Part shown: one piece after another, positions 60,315-64,000 of the stretch
Position numbering within the stretch: position 1 is the first letter of the stretch
How the letters are laid out: every line of letters begins with the position of its first letter
Assembly (NCBI GenBank): GCA_025558095.1
Contig: JAIVFI010000003.1
Coordinates: 62,001 to 126,000, forward strand
Length of the DNA: 64,000 nt
Reading direction: 5' to 3'
From: Hyaloraphidium curvatum SAG 235-1
Taxonomy: Eukaryota; Fungi; Monoblepharomycota
Made by a program: the position numbers and the translations under genes
The notes under the pieces: generated by a model
Told to the model about the DNA's origin: nothing
The model's database searches: none
The model's input: only the letters and a program-made list of their open reading frames with translations

Positions 60315-61532
60315 ATGTCGGCGGAACCTCCCGCGAGCGAGCTCCGCCATGCCGAGGCCACGTCCTCGCCGGAGCAAGGTCCCGCGGACGGCGCGCGCGC
60401 CCCCGACACCCCCGCGGCCGGCGACCAGCTCCTCCCGCCCGAGCTCTTCGCCCACATCGGCTCCTTCCTGGCACCCGCCTCGCGAAACCTGCTGAAACTA
60501 ATGCTCGCGTCACGCTTTCTCTACGAGCTGCTGCTCCCTCGGCTCATGTCGCGCGTGCGCCTGGAATGGTTCGCTCCCGAGACCGTCCTGGACGCCGTGG
60601 ACCGGCTGCGGAGGCGCGGGGCACTGGTGCACGTCAAGGATCTGGATCTTCGCGTGCCCAGCGTTCCGCTTTACCACGACGCTCCTGCGGTCTACCTCGA
60701 ATCGTCGGCGCGCATTCTCGGTTCGTGCTCGGGCCTGCGCGAGCTTTCGGCGACGATCACGACGTTTCCGGTGGCCGCTGCGTTCTCCGAAGGGAGCTTT
60801 CCTCAGCTTTGCAGCCTGGATCTTACGTTGCAGATACCGGCGTTGCCGGAGCCCCGTCCCGTCTTCTTCCGCCGTTTCCCACCGCTTCCGAGCCTGCGAG
60901 CCCTCACCTTCCGTGCAAACTACTGCGACATCGGAGTCCTGGGTTCCATAGAAGCTTGTTCTCCTTTGCTGGAAGAAGCACACATCGCCGTGCCTTTGTT
61001 CGGCCTGGGCCACGCGCTGGCGTTCCCCCGCTCGCTGCTGCGACGGACCCTTACGTGGCAGTGCAGCACCCTTGAGCAGCTGCGGCTCCTCGCGAACTTC
61101 GGGATCTCGCTCCGAGGATGGTTCGCTTCCGCTTCGTCTTCGACGACGATGGGTTCGCGTGGAACGATCTGTGGGGCGCGCTGCTGCGGCTGCCGCACCT
61201 CGAGAACCTCGTGATCGAGCGCATCCTTGCCGACGTCCTCCAGAACGCTCAGTTCCCTCCCCGTCTGCGGACTTTGATGGTCGAGCACGTGCCCTGCTTC
61301 GAGCCTGCCGATCTCGACGTCATGCGCCAGAATCTGACCCGTGATCGGCGAATCGAGGTCTCCATCCGCAAGGTCGACTGCAAAGTGTACGAAGACCACC
61401 GTGCCTGGACGAGGGAGGAGGCTCTGGGCTGGCGGGCGTCGGGTGTTCGAGTTCTGGCGGGAGATCGGGGCGCTCCGAGAAACCGAGTTCGTGGGTACGG
61501 ACGACCAGCCCGAGTTCGCGCTTGCAATGTGA
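60315..61532 (+). pseudogene. F-box/LRR-like family member G, two frameshifts (~61103, ~61430)
   Basis: LPPELFAHIGSFLAPASRNLLKLML..; LPHLENLVI..FPPRLRTL in a second frame; EFWREIGAL in a third. Confidence 0.8.
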
Positions 61533-61663
61533 TGGAACGAGGAATAGAATCTTTGTGGTGTCTCTCCAACTCGCCTAGTCCCTGGAGTTCTGGCGTTGCG
61601 AGTAGGGTTCTGCGGGTTGCCGCACCGCCGCACGCGACGCAAAGCAGACAGCACTCCAAACAA

Positions 61664-64000
61664 ATGGCTCCCGCCGGCGTGCACCGCGTCTCGGCGGGCG
61701 GCCGGCTCTCGCTGGCGGTATGCGAGGATGGCACCATACAGGCGTGGGGCGACCGCACCGGATTCTCGGCGGCGCTGCGCTGGGCGTGGGTATCCCAGGC
61801 AGCGGCGGGCGATGCCGGAATCCTGGCGTCAACCTTCGACAATGCGGCGCTGACCGACGGCTCGCTCGACGTGGGCTGGCCGTCCGAGATGTTCGATGTC
61901 ATGGTGATGGCGGTCGCGGCCGGCGACGGCTTCGGGGCCGTCCTCACGGGGCTGGGCGACGTGGTGCTGGTCGGCTCGGTCGGCGGCGCGGGCCCCGGCA
62001 AACTGGACATCGGAGGCGCCGCACGGAGCATTTCCATCTCGGGCACCCGTGGGCTGGCGCTGCTCGAGAACGGGACGGCTGTTGCTTTCGGGGAGGGCGA
62101 GCCTCTGGGAGCCCCGCCCGCCGTTCCGCTCCGGCACGCGGCTGCGGGTTTCAACCACGCCGTGGGCCTTACCCGGGACGGCAAAGTCGTTGCCTGGGGT
62201 CCCAATGCCTCGGTGCCGCTGGACGTTGCCTCCGAGAAGGTCGTCTCGGTCTCGGCCGGCGACGGGTTCTCGACGGCGGTGACGGAGGACGGCCGGCTGC
62301 TCGTCTTTGGCAGCAACGCGGTGGTTGTGAACATCGCGCCGGCGGATTTGCGCAATAACCGACCCGGGCCCGTGGCACATTGCGATGGCGGCTACAGCCA
62401 CGTGGTGTGCCTGCTCCGAAACGGCACCGTCGTTGCCTTCGGGGACAATGCCTTCGGCCAGTCGAGTGTTCCCAACAACGGGCAGCTGTTCGGCAATTTC
62501 ACCACCTTCCCCGACCCCAACCCTCCAAAGCCGACTGGCGACGAGGCAATGAAGCCCCCTTCGGCCACGAGGACGACCGAACTTATCCTGGCGACCGGCA
62601 GCGTCGTGAGCCCCACGACGGCTCCGCCCGAACCCACCCCTCTCCCGCCACCGACGCCCGTCGATCCCAACGTCCCGATTTACCGCTTCGGCGTGCGCAG
62701 GGTGGTTGCGGGGCCCCGCTGGAGCTTCGCCGTGATGGACGACGGCACGGTGCGCTCCTGGGGCCGCTACGCTGGCAATGCGACCTCGTGGATCCGCATC
62801 AAGGACCTTGCCTCGTCGGACCGCGGGGCTACTTATGCGCTGACGACCGACAACACCATCCGCGCGGACTCGCCGCAAGGCGGTCTCCTGGGGGAGTTCG
62901 CGTACCCCGCGATGCTCGAGGTCGAGGACGACAACGTGTTCGTGCAGCAGATCGCGGCGGGCGGTTCCTTTGCCATTGCCGTCACCTTCGACGGCCGCCT
63001 CTTTGCGTGGGGCGACTACACCGACGACCCGAAGGCGGTGCTGCCCGTGTCGGGCGTCCGCTCCGTCTCGGCGGGGCTGAACCACGCCCTGGTGCTCCTC
63101 CGCAACGGCACCGTGCGCGCCTTCGGGTTCAGGAGCAGGGTGTCGATCGACGTGCCCCCCGGCCTGAACGCGACCGCCGTCGCCGCGGGCACCTCGCACT
63201 CCCTCGCGGTGCTTGCTGACGGTCGGGTCGAGGCCTGGGGCAGCAACACATTCGGCGAGCGCGAGGTTCCCGCGGAGCTGAGGAACGGCACCGCGCGCGC
63301 AAGGTCGGTGCATGCCGGGACGGGCTACTCGCTCGCGCTGCTGGACGACGGGCGGCTGCTCGGGTGGGGCGCGCAGGGGATGGGGCCCCGGCTACCGCCG
63401 GCGGAGCTGCAGGAGGAAGGAAACGTGCGCTACGTGTCGGCAGGACAGGTGCACGCGCTCGCGCTGCTGCAGAACGGCACCGTCGTGGCGTTCGGATCCG
63501 ACGAGTATGGCGCCGTGAGGGTGCCTTCGTCTCTTGGCGGCCAGCCTGACCCGGCGCCATCTTCCGGACTTTCTGGCGGCGCCATCGCGGGCATCGTGAT
63601 CGGCTGCGTGGCCGGCCTCGCCCTGCTGGCGGGCCTGGCGATGTTCCTCGCGCGTCGGCGGAGGCGCGCCGGCGCCGACCCGTCCAAGAGCATCGCCTCC
63701 TCCCCCGCCTCGACCCTGCACCCGGAGATGGAATCCGCCCCCGTGCTCCGCTCCAAATCTTCGGGCTCGGGCGCAGGCTCCTCCTCCTCCGCCGCGGACT
63801 GCGACACCTCGACGCTCTCCCTGGCCCCCGAATCCCCCCTCAGCCCCGCCCCGCCGAGCGTCAACCCCGGCGACCTGCTGGTGGCGCTGATGCCGTTCGC
63901 GCCGCAGAACGTGGACGAGGTGATCGTCAACCGCGGGGACTACCTGCTCGTGCACGAGGTGTTTGCCGACGGGTGGGCGAGCGGGGAGAACGGGACGACC
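61664..64000 (+). CDS. RCC1/BLIP-II-repeat, single-TM, SH3 protein (3' partial; absent from the ORF track)
   Basis: Frame open to the window end. Repeats of the type VSAGLNHALVLLRNGTVRAFG. TM GGAIAGIVIGCVAGLALLAGLAMFLARRRR. SH3 start ALMPFAPQNVDEVIVNRGD..FADGWASG. Alternative in-frame ATG at 61532. Confidence 0.85.
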   Translation, partial: MAPAGVHRVSAGGRLSLAVCEDGTIQAWGDRTGFSAALRWAWVSQAAAGDAGILASTFDNAALTDGSLDVGWPSEMFDVMVMAVAAGDGFGAVLTGLGDVVLVGSVGGAGPGKLDIGGAARSISISGTRGLALLENGTAVAFGEGEPLGAPPAVPLRHAAAGFNHAVGLTRDGKVVAWGPNASVPLDVASEKVVSVSAGDGFSTAVTEDGRLLVFGSNAVVVNIAPADLRNNRPGPVAHCDGGYSHVVCLLRNGTVVAFGDNAFGQSSVPNNGQLFGNFTTFPDPNPPKPTGDEAMKPPSATRTTELILATGSVVSPTTAPPEPTPLPPPTPVDPNVPIYRFGVRRVVAGPRWSFAVMDDGTVRSWGRYAGNATSWIRIKDLASSDRGATYALTTDNTIRADSPQGGLLGEFAYPAMLEVEDDNVFVQQIAAGGSFAIAVTFDGRLFAWGDYTDDPKAVLPVSGVRSVSAGLNHALVLLRNGTVRAFGFRSRVSIDVPPGLNATAVAAGTSHSLAVLADGRVEAWGSNTFGEREVPAELRNGTARARSVHAGTGYSLALLDDGRLLGWGAQGMGPRLPPAELQEEGNVRYVSAGQVHALALLQNGTVVAFGSDEYGAVRVPSSLGGQPDPAPSSGLSGGAIAGIVIGCVAGLALLAGLAMFLARRRRRAGADPSKSIASSPASTLHPEMESAPVLRSKSSGSGAGSSSSAADCDTSTLSLAPESPLSPAPPSVNPGDLLVALMPFAPQNVDEVIVNRGDYLLVHEVFADGWASGENGTT

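Noticed and set aside
1-64000. tRNA, rRNA or spliceosomal snRNA genes
   Set aside because: No recognisable signatures by eye; a covariance-model search was not possible, so small RNAs are not excluded.

Overview
GC-rich eukaryotic DNA, almost certainly fungal: short GT-AG introns with CTRAC/CTAAC branch points, Zn2Cys6 factors and an Rtc5-like TLDc gene. An early-diverging (chytrid-like) lineage is a guess. About 20 genes are supported: a giant Cys-repeat/lectin protein, a C2H2 TF, a ModF-like ABC ATPase, Rtc5, an RBR E3 ligase, a DMT transporter, an expansin-like DPBB protein, thioesterases, a DAO-family oxidoreductase, a SYLF protein, two paralogous Zn2Cys6 TFs, a hybrid histidine kinase, a pRiA4b-ORF3/MYND protein, a tandem DUF2853 protein and an RCC1-TM-SH3 protein. 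Four observations stand out. (1) A 5'-truncated, tailless CRE-like RT/RLE retrotransposon (37959-40840) with a 10-bp TSD splits a thioesterase gene. (2) A ~300-bp non-coding element is duplicated in inverted orientation directly upstream of two convergent genes. (3) An intronless F-box/LRR-like family has eight copies, only one intact. (4) A 173-bp structured insertion is flanked by an exact 25-bp duplication. All alignments were made by eye, and domain names come from motif recognition, not database searches. Most ORFs in the supplied track are antisense or off-frame shadows.
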